Assembly (NCBI GenBank): GCA_003599055.1
Contig: QZIM01000023.1
Span: 24,346 to 88,345, forward strand
Direction of reading: 5' to 3'
Length of the DNA stretch: 64,000 nucleotides
From: Candidatus Woesearchaeota archaeon
GTDB taxonomy: Archaea; Nanobdellota; Nanobdellia; Woesearchaeales; ARS49
In this document: piece by piece, positions 49,497 through 57,882 of the stretch
Layout: every line of letters starts with the position of its first letter
Position numbering within the stretch: position 1 is the first letter of the stretch
Program-made: the position numbers and the translations under genes
The notes under the pieces: model-generated
The model's input: only the letters and a program-made list of their open reading frames with translations
What the model was told of the DNA's origin: nothing
Database searches by the model: none

Positions 49497-51229
49497 TGTT
49501 CTTCCCCCAGTGCTTCGCGAACTTGGAGGTCAAGTTCGTCGTATCGTGAAAGTGCGTGGTCAAATGCTTCTTTGAGTTGTCCGTGTGTTCTTTCGAGCGC
49601 GGTGTATTCTTTGTTTTTCTTTTCAAGTGCCGCGCGTTTTTGCTCGGCGTCTTTGCGTGCAGAGTTCAGGTCTTCTGTCAGGCGTGCAAGTCTTTGTTCA
49701 AGGCTTGCAGTAGTGCGTTTGCGCTCGTCTTTTTCGCCGGCAAGGGCTTCTTCGCGTCTTTTCAGTGCTGCTTTGGCGCGCTCAGAGTCCTCACGTGCGG
49801 CTCGTGCCTCGGCATCCGCTTTCTTTTTGTCTTGGAAGAGGTGCCGTATTGCAGCGTGGAGTGGCTCAAGTGTTTTATCGAGCTCTGCAGGTTCGGTTCC
49901 TGTCGCGGCATAATGAACAAGTGGTGCAAGGTTAAGTGCGGGCTTGCGTGAATGTATTGCTTTTTTTGCTGCAGTGTATGCGGGCTGAAGTGCGGGCGGT
50001 ATGTCGGCGGGCGCTCCTTTTCCGCCCAGATACTGTGCAAGGGCGGCAAGGTATCCTTGTGCGGCCTTAACCGCTTCTTGGATTTCCGGAGGGGCTTTGT
50101 CACAGGGCAGTTCTCCGCTCAAGTATTTCGGGAGGAGTTTTGCGTGTTCGGCAATGCCGAGTTTGACTTGGATTGTTCCGTAGAATTCGCGTTCTGCCTG
50201 CGTCGTGCTTGCGTGTTCTTTTTCAGCGAGTTTGCGGCGAAGTTCTGCAAGTTCGCGGGTTTGTTCTTCTAAAGTCTTAACGTGCCGTTGTCGGTCGCGG
50301 AGTTTGGTGAATGTTTTTTCAAGTTCTTGGACTGCAAGGGGGAGTTCGGTGAGCGCCTCAAGGTGCCCGTATTCTTGTGCCGCGCGTTTGAGAAGGGAAA
50401 GGTCGTCATTTCCGCTCTGGTCCTGGCTTATTTCGTGGGTTGTTTTGTAGCGGTCCCAGAAGGGGATGAGTTGTGCGAACAGCGGGTGTTGTTCAAGCAT
50501 TGCCGGTTTTCTGCGGGCTTCATCAATGAGTGCGCCGAGTGTTGAGATTGCGTGTGCGTGGGGCAGTTCTTGTGTGATTCCTTCGCCGGTGGTTTCGCTG
50601 TACGCGAATGCGAGCCTGCCGCTTGCGGTGCGTGATGGTTCTGCCTTGCTGCGGGTTACCTGTCCGGGTAAGATGAGGAGGGGTTGGGCGCGGGCATCTA
50701 TTGTGAGTTTTCCCGGCTCTGGCGCGCTTGCAGGGGTGTTTTCGTCGTGCGGGAATTTCATTGCGTAGAGCCGAATCAGGCGTTGGGGCATTTCCTGAAA
50801 GAGCGGAATGTCCGGGTTTTCTGCAAGCGGCTTCTTGCCAAGGGGTATTGAGCAAAGGTATGCGAGGGTTCCGACGCGCCTGTCCGCATACGGGTGGTCA
50901 GGGCGTTGGCTGAAGTCCGCAAAATAGGCAAGGGTGAAGTGGAGCCGGTCAGGCGTGGGTTCGCAGGCGGCTCTTGCGCGAAGGAAGAGGGTGTTTTGGT
51001 GTTCTCCGATTTTTGCGCGTTCGGCGGGAGTATACAATTGGCGGATGTGTCGTTCCGCGATTGCAACAAGCGAGGGGTCTTCTGCACGGTCGCTGTTGCT
51101 GCGAAGGGCGATGCGCGGGGTTCCGTTTGGCGCGGCTTCGTAGACTGCGTGCAAAACATCTTTGCTTCGTGCAAGTTCGCGAAGGCGTATTTCTGCGTAC
51201 TGTCCTGCAGTGTCAGGTCCCGTGGGCAT
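49493..51229 (-). CDS. 578-aa protein: globular N-terminal half plus C-terminal coiled coil (paralogous tail to 10295..11848)
   Basis: Ends ..KEYTALERTHGQLKEAFDHALSRYDELDLQVREALGEEQ*. Promoter with TATTTAAAT and the palindromic motif. Confidence 0.55.
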   Translation of the reverse strand: MPTGPDTAGQYAEIRLRELARSKDVLHAVYEAAPNGTPRIALRSNSDRAEDPSLVAIAERHIRQLYTPAERAKIGEHQNTLFLRARAACEPTPDRLHFTLAYFADFSQRPDHPYADRRVGTLAYLCSIPLGKKPLAENPDIPLFQEMPQRLIRLYAMKFPHDENTPASAPEPGKLTIDARAQPLLILPGQVTRSKAEPSRTASGRLAFAYSETTGEGITQELPHAHAISTLGALIDEARRKPAMLEQHPLFAQLIPFWDRYKTTHEISQDQSGNDDLSLLKRAAQEYGHLEALTELPLAVQELEKTFTKLRDRQRHVKTLEEQTRELAELRRKLAEKEHASTTQAEREFYGTIQVKLGIAEHAKLLPKYLSGELPCDKAPPEIQEAVKAAQGYLAALAQYLGGKGAPADIPPALQPAYTAAKKAIHSRKPALNLAPLVHYAATGTEPAELDKTLEPLHAAIRHLFQDKKKADAEARAAREDSERAKAALKRREEALAGEKDERKRTTASLEQRLARLTEDLNSARKDAEQKRAALEKKNKEYTALERTHGQLKEAFDHALSRYDELDLQVREALGEEQ

Positions 51230-51271
51230 AGTGCGGGTGGCTGAAGAGCCCTATTTAAATCTTTCTTAAAA

Positions 51272-51287
51272 TAACCACTCTTCAGTG
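51272..51287 (-). promoter_or_regulatory. palindromic upstream motif (copy 3)
   Basis: TAACCACTCTTCAGTG (CACT-N4-AGTG), just distal to the TATA region (51251-51275) of gene 49493..51229. Confidence 0.45.
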
Positions 51288-51338
51288 AGAATAACTAAGG
51301 GTCTCCTTTTTAAAGGGGCGCAGTATGAAGAAAGGAGG

Positions 51339-51860
51339 ATGTGGCATTTCATCAGTCAATTTTTCAAGTCTCCCCTGCAAACAGGCGCGGTTCTTCCGAG
51401 TAGTCCGCTGCTTGCAAAGGCAATGGCAAAGAGCATTAATTTCAAAAAGGCAAAAGTCATTGTTGAACTTGGTCCCGGAACGGGCGTTATAACAAAAGAA
51501 TTGCTCGCCCGGATGCAAAAGGACGCACGGCTTATCGCAGTTGAGATTAACAGGAAGTTCTGCAAAGGGTTAAAGGCAATCAAAGACCCGCGCCTTAAAG
51601 TCGTTAAGGGTGACGCGCGAAGCCTCTCCCGCATCGTAAGGCAGGCGGACGTGGTTGTTTCAGGCCTTCCGCTTGTTTCTTTCGGTGAGAAGGACCATCA
51701 TAAAGTCTTGGGCGAAATTAAGAAAATCGCAAAGCACTACGTCCAGTTCCACTATTCTCCGCTTGGCGAAGCGCAGTTAAAGCAGCACTTCCCGAAATTC
51801 AAGCGCGCATTTGTTGTAGCGAATGTTCCGCCTGCGATTGTGTATAGTGCGAAAAGATAG
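51339..51860 (+). CDS. class I SAM-dependent methyltransferase
   Basis: Motif I VVELGPGTGVITKELL. The N-terminus MWHFISQFFKSPLQTGAVLPSSPLLAKAM resembles small COG3963-type methyltransferases. GGAGG lies directly upstream; the track start is GTG 51285. Confidence 0.65.
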   Translation: MWHFISQFFKSPLQTGAVLPSSPLLAKAMAKSINFKKAKVIVELGPGTGVITKELLARMQKDARLIAVEINRKFCKGLKAIKDPRLKVVKGDARSLSRIVRQADVVVSGLPLVSFGEKDHHKVLGEIKKIAKHYVQFHYSPLGEAQLKQHFPKFKRAFVVANVPPAIVYSAKR

Positions 51861-51945
51861 GCAGGAACCTACTCTGATTTTTCCGGAAGGAATCACAAGA
51901 CACTGGACGCGTTGATGCATAAGCAATTTTAGGAAGAGGAGAGCA

Positions 51946-52659
51946 GTGCTGATAATGAAGTTCAAGATTCCTGATGACCTCAAAAGCTACAGGGACAAAA
52001 GTTCAAATATTATTCTTCCCTGCGCTCCGTCCGAGAATCTTGCAGAGATTATTGGGATTATTTCAGGAGATGGACACGTAGGAAGCAAAGATAATCGTAT
52101 AGAAATTTCAGGGAATTCTATTGATGAGTTAAAGTATTTTGAACACGTAAGCGCTCTTCTGAAAGAAGTATTCAATGTCAAATTCAAGCTGCGCAAGCTA
52201 AAGAATACAAATGCAATGACGCTCTATAAACGCTCACAAGGCATAGTCTGTTTCTTAAGGCACATAGGGTTTGAGAAGAGTAAGTGTATTTTAAAAATTC
52301 CTCACTGGATTTGGACGAAGGAAAACTTGGCAAGTGCGTTTGTTCGTGGTGTTTTTGACACAGATGGAGCGTTGTGTCTAAAGAAAAATCACGGTCGTTA
52401 TGCAATTTATCCTGTTGTAAATATTACGCTTAAAGATGAAATGCTTCTAAGAAAAATTGCAACATGGACAAAAGAAAGGGGAATACCAAACTATGTCGGA
52501 AAATGCAACTCAGTCGATTCGCGAACAAACAAAAGATATCTTCGGTTCTACCTGCAAGTAAGCGGGTACGCAAACACAATAAAATGGTGGTCGCAGGTCG
52601 GAAGTAGAAATTCAAAACAACAAGGACGATTTGAAAAAGCAATGAGTTGTTTTGAATAA
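51946..52659 (+). CDS. free-standing double-motif LAGLIDADG homing endonuclease
   Basis: Motifs IIGIISGDGHV and FVRGVFDTDGAL. 237 aa, about 38% GC. The stop lies 1 nt from the 3' end of the convergent tRNA-Phe. Confidence 0.8.
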   Translation: MLIMKFKIPDDLKSYRDKSSNIILPCAPSENLAEIIGIISGDGHVGSKDNRIEISGNSIDELKYFEHVSALLKEVFNVKFKLRKLKNTNAMTLYKRSQGIVCFLRHIGFEKSKCILKIPHWIWTKENLASAFVRGVFDTDGALCLKKNHGRYAIYPVVNITLKDEMLLRKIATWTKERGIPNYVGKCNSVDSRTNKRYLRFYLQVSGYANTIKWWSQVGSRNSKQQGRFEKAMSCFE

Positions 52660-52660
52660 A

Positions 52661-52749
52661 TGGGGGTAGTCGGATTTGAACCAACGACGTCACCGTGGCT
52701 GAGTAGTTACACTTCAGCGGTGTGTTCTCCCGGGCTGAACTATACCCCC
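52661..52749 (-). tRNA. tRNA-Phe (GAA) with a 15-nt canonical 37/38 BHB intron
   Basis: Acceptor GGGGGTA/TACCCCC; D arm GTTC-AGCCCGGGA-GAAC; anticodon stem CACCG/CGGTG; loop CU-GAA-G|intron TGTAACTACTCAGCC|A (intron 52697-52711). The hBHBh' motif is CTGA:TCAG with bulges AGT and CCA. G37; T arm GTTGG-TTCAAAT-CCGAC; discriminator A. Confidence 0.85.
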
Positions 52750-52775
52750 GTGTGCTGTTCTTATTTCAATAACTT

Positions 52776-52786
52776 GTTTAAAAAAG
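52776..52786 (-). promoter_or_regulatory. TATA-like box upstream of tRNA-Phe
   Basis: The minus strand reads CTTTTTTAAAC, 26 nt upstream of the tRNA 5' end. Confidence 0.5.
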
Positions 52787-52794
52787 TATAGGTT

Positions 52795-53082
52795 TTAGGT
52801 GACAATCTCAAGCTGTCCGAACTTTCCCGTGCCAAGTTGTCTCTCTCCGCGGAATTCTGAGACGTAGCCGTTGGTTATTTTGACTCTCATTCCTGCTTTG
52901 ACTTGGTCAACTTGTTCGTTCCAGAGGGTCAGGGTTATTTCGCCTGATGCGTCTTTTGCTTTGGCGTTGGCGACTTTGCCGGTCTTGCCGAACTTGTCAA
53001 ACGTGCGTGGCTCTTGGACCGATACGATTTCAACCGTGATGTCTACTTTTCCTTGTCCTGCCTGCAGGTCTTTTATTTCCAT
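52795..53082 (-). CDS. single OB-fold nucleic-acid-binding protein (SSB/RPA-like)
   Basis: 95 aa; ..GKVDITVEIVSVQEPRTFDKFGKTGKVANAKAKDASGEITLTLWNEQVDQVKAGMRVKITNGYVSEFRGERQL.. is the classic short OB-fold layout. TAGGAGGT SD. Confidence 0.6.
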   Translation of the reverse strand: MEIKDLQAGQGKVDITVEIVSVQEPRTFDKFGKTGKVANAKAKDASGEITLTLWNEQVDQVKAGMRVKITNGYVSEFRGERQLGTGKFGQLEIVT

Positions 53083-53094
53083 TCTTGATACCTC

Positions 53095-54573
53095 CTAAAG
53101 GGTGATTTTTCCGGTGACGAGTTGGTACAATTCATCTTTAAGCGCGTCAATTTTGACGCGTTTTTGCGCGCTGGAATCGCGTGCGCGAATCGTAACGTCG
53201 TTGTTGTTCAAAGAGTCGAAGTCTATGGTTATGCACCACGGCACGCCGATTTCGTCCATACGCGCGTAGCGCTTGCCGATTGAGCCGGTTTCATCGAGCT
53301 GAACCTCGTAGCAGTCGCGAAGGGTTTCAAAGAGTTCGCGTGCTTTTGAGGTCAGTTCGGGTTTGTTGGAGAGGAGCGGGAATATTCCTGCGGTTAAGGG
53401 AGCAATCGCAGGCGGCAAGGAGAGCCAGGTTCGTTCGCCCTCACTGCGGTAGCAAAGTTCAAGGACTGTATAAAATGTGCGGTCGAGCCCGATTGAGATT
53501 TCCCAGATGTGGGGGATGAACTTTTTGCCTTCGGGGGTGCAGAACTGTAAGTCTTTTTGGCTGCCTTTTTGGTGGCCGAGTAAATCATAGTCCGTTCGGT
53601 AGTTATTCGCGGCAAGTTCGAGCCAGCCAAGGGATGTTTCAACTTCAAGGTCAAATGCTTCTTTGGCGTAGAATGCGCGTTCGGTGTCGTCAAGCTGGCG
53701 GAAGCGCATTTTTGAGGCAGGGATGCCGAGTCGTTCCATCAGTTGTTGTGTGCGGGCAATATAGTATGCGATGAGTTTTCCGGTCGTTATTCCTTTTGCG
53801 AGCAGGTCGGCGCAGGTGATGTCTTCAACGCTGTTTGAGCCTGCTTTCATAATACGCAGCGGATAGTTCTTAACTTCGTCCCAGCGTTCGACATCGTCAA
53901 TCTTGTCCGCTTCGAAGAAGATTTCTGCTTCCATTTGGGAGAATTCTACTTGGCGAAGGAGGGTTTGGCGTGGCGAGATTTCGTTGCGAAATACTTTGCC
54001 GTGCTGTGCGATTCCTTTGGGGAGTTTGATGCGCATTGTTTTTGCCATGCGTTGCCAGTTGGTGAAGATGGTCTGGCAGGTTTCGGGGCGCAGATAGCAG
54101 CTTGCTTTGGCGGAGACGCCAACGTCTGCCTTGACCATCATGTTGAACTGGCGAACGTCGAGAAGGTCGCCTTTGCAGTTGGGGCAGGCAAGCTTGTGTT
54201 TGCGAAGGGCAGCGGTTAATTCTTCAACCGGCATTGCTTCGCGGTATTGTTCTTTTGTTTTTTCTTCGAGTAATTTGTCTGCACGGTGTATCGTGTTGCA
54301 TTTCTTGCACTGCGTGACCGGGTCATTGAAATTTGTCAAATGCCCGCTTGCCTTAAACACATCCTCAGGCATAATTAATGCGCCGTCTATTTCGAGCATC
54401 TCTTCGCGCTGGACGAGGTGTTTGCGCCAGGTTTCAACGATTTTACGGCGAATGGTTGCGCCAACCGGCCCAAAATCATAGAGTCCTGCGGGCGCGTTTG
54501 CGTAGATTTCGCTGCCCGGGTAAAAGAGTGACCTGCGGAGCGCCAAATTGACGACGTCTTCGTATTTCGCCAT
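53095..54573 (-). CDS. glyS: glycyl-tRNA synthetase (alpha2 archaeal/eukaryal type)
   Basis: RRSLFYPGSEIYANAPAGLYDFGPVG, LRPETCQTIF, and a C-terminal anticodon-binding domain. 492 aa. Confidence 0.95.
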   Translation of the reverse strand: MAKYEDVVNLALRRSLFYPGSEIYANAPAGLYDFGPVGATIRRKIVETWRKHLVQREEMLEIDGALIMPEDVFKASGHLTNFNDPVTQCKKCNTIHRADKLLEEKTKEQYREAMPVEELTAALRKHKLACPNCKGDLLDVRQFNMMVKADVGVSAKASCYLRPETCQTIFTNWQRMAKTMRIKLPKGIAQHGKVFRNEISPRQTLLRQVEFSQMEAEIFFEADKIDDVERWDEVKNYPLRIMKAGSNSVEDITCADLLAKGITTGKLIAYYIARTQQLMERLGIPASKMRFRQLDDTERAFYAKEAFDLEVETSLGWLELAANNYRTDYDLLGHQKGSQKDLQFCTPEGKKFIPHIWEISIGLDRTFYTVLELCYRSEGERTWLSLPPAIAPLTAGIFPLLSNKPELTSKARELFETLRDCYEVQLDETGSIGKRYARMDEIGVPWCITIDFDSLNNNDVTIRARDSSAQKRVKIDALKDELYQLVTGKITL

Positions 54574-54595
54574 ACGGTTCTTCGCGCAGAGTTTT

Positions 54596-54606
54596 GTTTA
54601 AAAAGG
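54596..54606 (-). promoter_or_regulatory. TATA-like box of glyS
   Basis: The minus strand reads CCTTTTTAAAC, 23 nt upstream of the ATG, which implies a leaderless or very short-leader mRNA. Confidence 0.45.
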
Positions 54607-54610
54607 TTGC

Positions 54611-54656
54611 GGGAAAAGAAAAGGGGGTGCCCCGAGGCGAGGTTTGACCTCGGGGC
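54611..54656 (-). terminator. hairpin plus T-tract downstream of gene 54684..54893
   Basis: Perfect 9-bp stem GCCCCGAGG/CCTCGGGGC (54629-54637 / 54648-54656). On the minus strand it is followed by CCCCCTTTTCTTTTCCC. Confidence 0.5.
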
Positions 54657-54683
54657 CCAAGAAGGAGTTGTGGCTTGTAAGTG

Positions 54684-54893
54684 TCAGGCGGTGAATCCTT
54701 TGGTGAGGAACCACGCGCAGTGTTCGGTTTGTCCTAAGGGGACGGGCTTGCTTGTTCTTGGGCGTGAAATGATTTTTTCGCGCAGGTGGACCGTGCTTGG
54801 TTTTGGCAGGGCGAGGTCTGTTCCGGGCATTCCGAATTCTTCTTCGTCTTCGACAAAGTCAACCGGGTTTGCATAGTCAAGGAGGTCTTTCAT
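54684..54893 (-). CDS. 69-aa hypothetical protein
   Basis: The internal ATG (54893, per the ORF-track frame) is preceded by GGAGG. MKDLLDYANPVDFVEDEEEFGMPG... has an acidic N-terminus. The longer track ORF lacks an RBS. Confidence 0.4.
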   Translation of the reverse strand: MKDLLDYANPVDFVEDEEEFGMPGTDLALPKPSTVHLREKIISRPRTSKPVPLGQTEHCAWFLTKGFTA

Positions 54894-55166
54894 TTTTAGT
54901 GCCTCCGAAGGTTGAGCGGGCTGCGTTTGGGCGCGAGTGTTTGGCGCGTGAGCGCGGTTATTTGTTCGATGAACAATTGTTGGATGTGTTGGGTTTCCAT
55001 AAGGTATCACCTCGTTTTCAGCAGGTTTGTCTGCCGTCAACAAACAACAAGCTGCCAACAATCGTTTATATAGCCCGCGAGGGAGAATGTCCAGTGTCCA
55101 GTGAGCTTTGTCGTCGGGAGTTCAAAAGCTGGCGCAAGTCAGAATGAAACCGAAAAGAAAGGCGAG

Positions 55167-56141
55167 TTACCTTGCGGCAAAGTAGTGCGCGATTGTTGCA
55201 AGTGCTGATTGTTGTGCGGGTTCGCCGACGGAGTGCAGTGCAAGTACTTCTTTGGTTTGGCGGGGCCGCTCAAAAGTGACGTTTTGCGCAATGGACAGGA
55301 CTGTTCGTAATGCAGTGTCTCCGGTAAGTGAGCGTTCGGGCAGGCGGAGTTCTCCGTCAAAATAGTGTCCGTTGAGGAATCGCAGAAGGCCAAATGCCCG
55401 TCCCTTGTGCCGGACGGCAATTGCGTAGTCCGGTCCGCTAAGGCGGGTGAAGGTGTCCGCGCGCACGTTAAAGATGTTGCTGCCAAGTCCGTTTATTTCA
55501 AGTTGTTGGCGAATGGAATATGCGTATGCGGGAAGGGCTGCAGCAGGGAGTGCCTGGACTCCCGCGCCGACGTAGTCAGGGCTGTTGTGGTCAAGAGGTT
55601 TTGTGTCAAACGTAAGGGGTTGGTACGATAAAAGGGCAAGGAATGCGGCGAGTGCGGGTTCTCTGCGGAGTTGTTCGCATCCGGTGTTGGTTACTGCGGC
55701 AAAGAGGTTCCCGTCAACAAAGGAAAGAGTCCCTGACTGGTTTTTGCCGCGGAAGGTGAGCGCGCAGGTGTCTTGGGAGAGGTATTGAAAGAGGCGTGTT
55801 GCGTTTTCTCTTTGTGTGGGGAGCGCTTTTGGTTCGAGTTCGTAGAGTGCCTGTTCGATGGTGTCGTAAACGGGGATTGGCTCTGTTGCGCGTGCTGCCC
55901 GTTTAAAGCCGCGGGTGATAGGCGTTGTGGGAAGGCAAACAGTTCCGACGCGGAATGGCTCAGGGTCGTTGACAAGGGTGCTTTCTCCGTGAAGGCGTGT
56001 GCCGCTGATGAGGAACGGGTGCTGGTCCGGTTCAAGGAGGAATTCGTAGGGTCTTTTGAGGGATTGAAGAGGGATTGGAATGAATTCATACCCATCGCCG
56101 CTTGTGTGGTACAGTTGTTCAACGCTCTTTTCAAGTGCCAT
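55167..56141 (-). CDS. hypothetical protein (324 aa)
   Basis: Long ORF with ordinary composition, co-directional with the folB cluster. No motif recognised. Confidence 0.45.
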   Translation of the reverse strand: MALEKSVEQLYHTSGDGYEFIPIPLQSLKRPYEFLLEPDQHPFLISGTRLHGESTLVNDPEPFRVGTVCLPTTPITRGFKRAARATEPIPVYDTIEQALYELEPKALPTQRENATRLFQYLSQDTCALTFRGKNQSGTLSFVDGNLFAAVTNTGCEQLRREPALAAFLALLSYQPLTFDTKPLDHNSPDYVGAGVQALPAAALPAYAYSIRQQLEINGLGSNIFNVRADTFTRLSGPDYAIAVRHKGRAFGLLRFLNGHYFDGELRLPERSLTGDTALRTVLSIAQNVTFERPRQTKEVLALHSVGEPAQQSALATIAHYFAAR

Positions 56142-56158
56142 TTTTGTATACTGGTTTC

Positions 56159-56761
56159 CTATTGTTCTCTTGTTTTTAAGCTTAACGTCTTAGTAACGGA
56201 GTGGTAACTCGGCTCGCTTCCGGGTTTAATTGGGCAAACAATAAACCCGCGGTGGACTGCTGCGCGAACAGGGATGTGGTCAAGTGAGCGCCGGGCCATT
56301 CTTGAAGTGAGGGCGAGTTCATCAGCGTGTTGTTGGGCGGTAAAATAGGACGCGGGCTCATTTGTCCGGACATAGATTGCTTCAACGTGGGCAAATGCAG
56401 TAGGGTCTTGCTGGGAGTAGGTGGTGAGTGTTTCTGCAATTTCGTGTTGCGTGAGGGGACGTGCGGAATAGAGGCGCGCGATTTTTGTGCGGGTGTTGAT
56501 TTCAAGGTTGCCAATGATGATTTCTTCTTCTTTTGGCCGGAATTCAGGCGTGACGGTTGTGTTAAAGGCAGTGCGTACCCGTTCTGCAAGGGTTGTTGCT
56601 GCGTGCTCGTCTTGAACGGGCGCGACAACGCGTGCGCGGTTTCCGTCAGAATAAACGCGGTCTTCTTTGCGAAGGAAGGAGCGGAGCGCATCAGGGCTGA
56701 TAGGGACGGTAAAGCAGGCGTATCCGGAAGTGGTGTTTCGCCGGTCAGGATGGTCGCCCAT
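56159..56761 (-). CDS. hypothetical protein (200 aa)
   Basis: The internal ATG 56761 avoids overlap with folB. No motif recognised. Confidence 0.4.
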   Translation of the reverse strand: MGDHPDRRNTTSGYACFTVPISPDALRSFLRKEDRVYSDGNRARVVAPVQDEHAATTLAERVRTAFNTTVTPEFRPKEEEIIIGNLEINTRTKIARLYSARPLTQHEIAETLTTYSQQDPTAFAHVEAIYVRTNEPASYFTAQQHADELALTSRMARRSLDHIPVRAAVHRGFIVCPIKPGSEPSYHSVTKTLSLKTREQ

Positions 56762-56820
56762 GCAAAAAAGCAGGGCAGACGGGCATCTAAACGCTTGGTG
56801 CGTATTGTACGAAAGTACGG

Positions 56821-57168
56821 CTATCGGGTGATGGTGATTGCGGCGTGGTCGGCGAAGCAAACGAGTGCGCCGGGCTTTTCGATGCGGACCGTTGCAGAAG
56901 TGACGGGATAGTTTTCCTTAATGAGTGCGGCAATGCGGTGTGCAAGGTGTTCCACTGTTGAGAACGTATGGTTTCCAAGGGCACGAATGTCACGGGCAAC
57001 GTCTCGATAGTCAATGGTGTCTGAAATAAGGTCGGTTCTGCCCGCAAGGGAGAGGTCGCAGGCAAGGGTTATGTCGGCAAAGAGCGCTTGGGGTTCTTTG
57101 CGTTCGTCATCGGTAATGCCGATGCGCGTCCAGAGTGCGAGTTTGCGGATGTGGATGGTGTCAGTCAT
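56821..57168 (-). CDS. folB: dihydroneopterin aldolase
   Basis: 115 aa; IHIRKLALWTRIGITDDERKEPQALFADITL...DTIDYRDVARDI is the FolB/tunnelling-fold pattern. Confidence 0.75.
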   Translation of the reverse strand: MTDTIHIRKLALWTRIGITDDERKEPQALFADITLACDLSLAGRTDLISDTIDYRDVARDIRALGNHTFSTVEHLAHRIAALIKENYPVTSATVRIEKPGALVCFADHAAITITR

Positions 57169-57776
57169 AGGGTGTGCCGAAAGCTCAGGGTGTATCGTTC
57201 GGTGGCAGGGGTCGTGACGCAGTGGTATGGCCTGAGTTTTCCTTCGCCTTTTTTTCGTGGTGCGCGAAGGAGAATGACGCTGCCGGGCGGGTTTTCAAGA
57301 GGTGCAATTTCTTCGCGTGTTTTTCCTGCGTGAAATTGCCGGTTGCCTGAAATAACGTAAATGGCAATGAGGTTGCGATAGCGAAGTTCATCGCGGTGCG
57401 TTGAGATGCCAAAGCTGCCGAGGGGAAAATGGTGCGCGCTGTAGGTGATTTTGGCAGTTGGCTCAAATAAGGCAAGATGTCCGAGGCAGTCATAAAATTG
57501 GGCGTGTGCCGCCGCTAATTCTTTGATAAGGCCTGCTGATTCAGGCAGCGATTCAAGCGCGTGCGTGTCTTCTCCGAATCGGGAAAAGTCCTGGACGGAG
57601 TTGTGGTAGATTGGGGGAACTTGGGTGAACGGTCCTTGGCGCAGCTGTTCAAGAAGCGCAAGCCGAAAATCAAGGGGCAGGACGTCAGTGATAATACGGG
57701 TGCCGGCGTGCGCGGGAGAATAAAGCTCATTTGCGATGAGTTCGAGTTTTCCTGGCGGGATTGTGAGGGCGACCAT
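57165..57776 (-). CDS. hypothetical protein, possible Fe(II)/2-oxoglutarate dioxygenase fold
   Basis: H-x-D (STHRDE) ... distal His (PYHCV) ... RYTLSFR spacing resembles the 2OG-oxygenase facial triad plus the 2OG-binding Arg. 4-nt overlap with folB. Confidence 0.3.
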   Translation of the reverse strand: MVALTIPPGKLELIANELYSPAHAGTRIITDVLPLDFRLALLEQLRQGPFTQVPPIYHNSVQDFSRFGEDTHALESLPESAGLIKELAAAHAQFYDCLGHLALFEPTAKITYSAHHFPLGSFGISTHRDELRYRNLIAIYVISGNRQFHAGKTREEIAPLENPPGSVILLRAPRKKGEGKLRPYHCVTTPATERYTLSFRHTL

Positions 57777-57882
57777 TCGGGCATCATCACCGGGCGTGTT
57801 TTTATGTTCTCGTGAACGGTTTATTCCGAAAAGAATAATTCTGGGAGGAATATTTTTATATGAATCAGAGTATCATCTGCAT

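Noticed and set aside
54835-54965. An apparent one-base disagreement between my hand translation of the printed sequence and the ORF track in this stretch
   Set aside because: This is most likely my own mis-indexing in T-runs at line boundaries. I used the ORF-track frame (ATG at 54893) and draw no biological conclusion.
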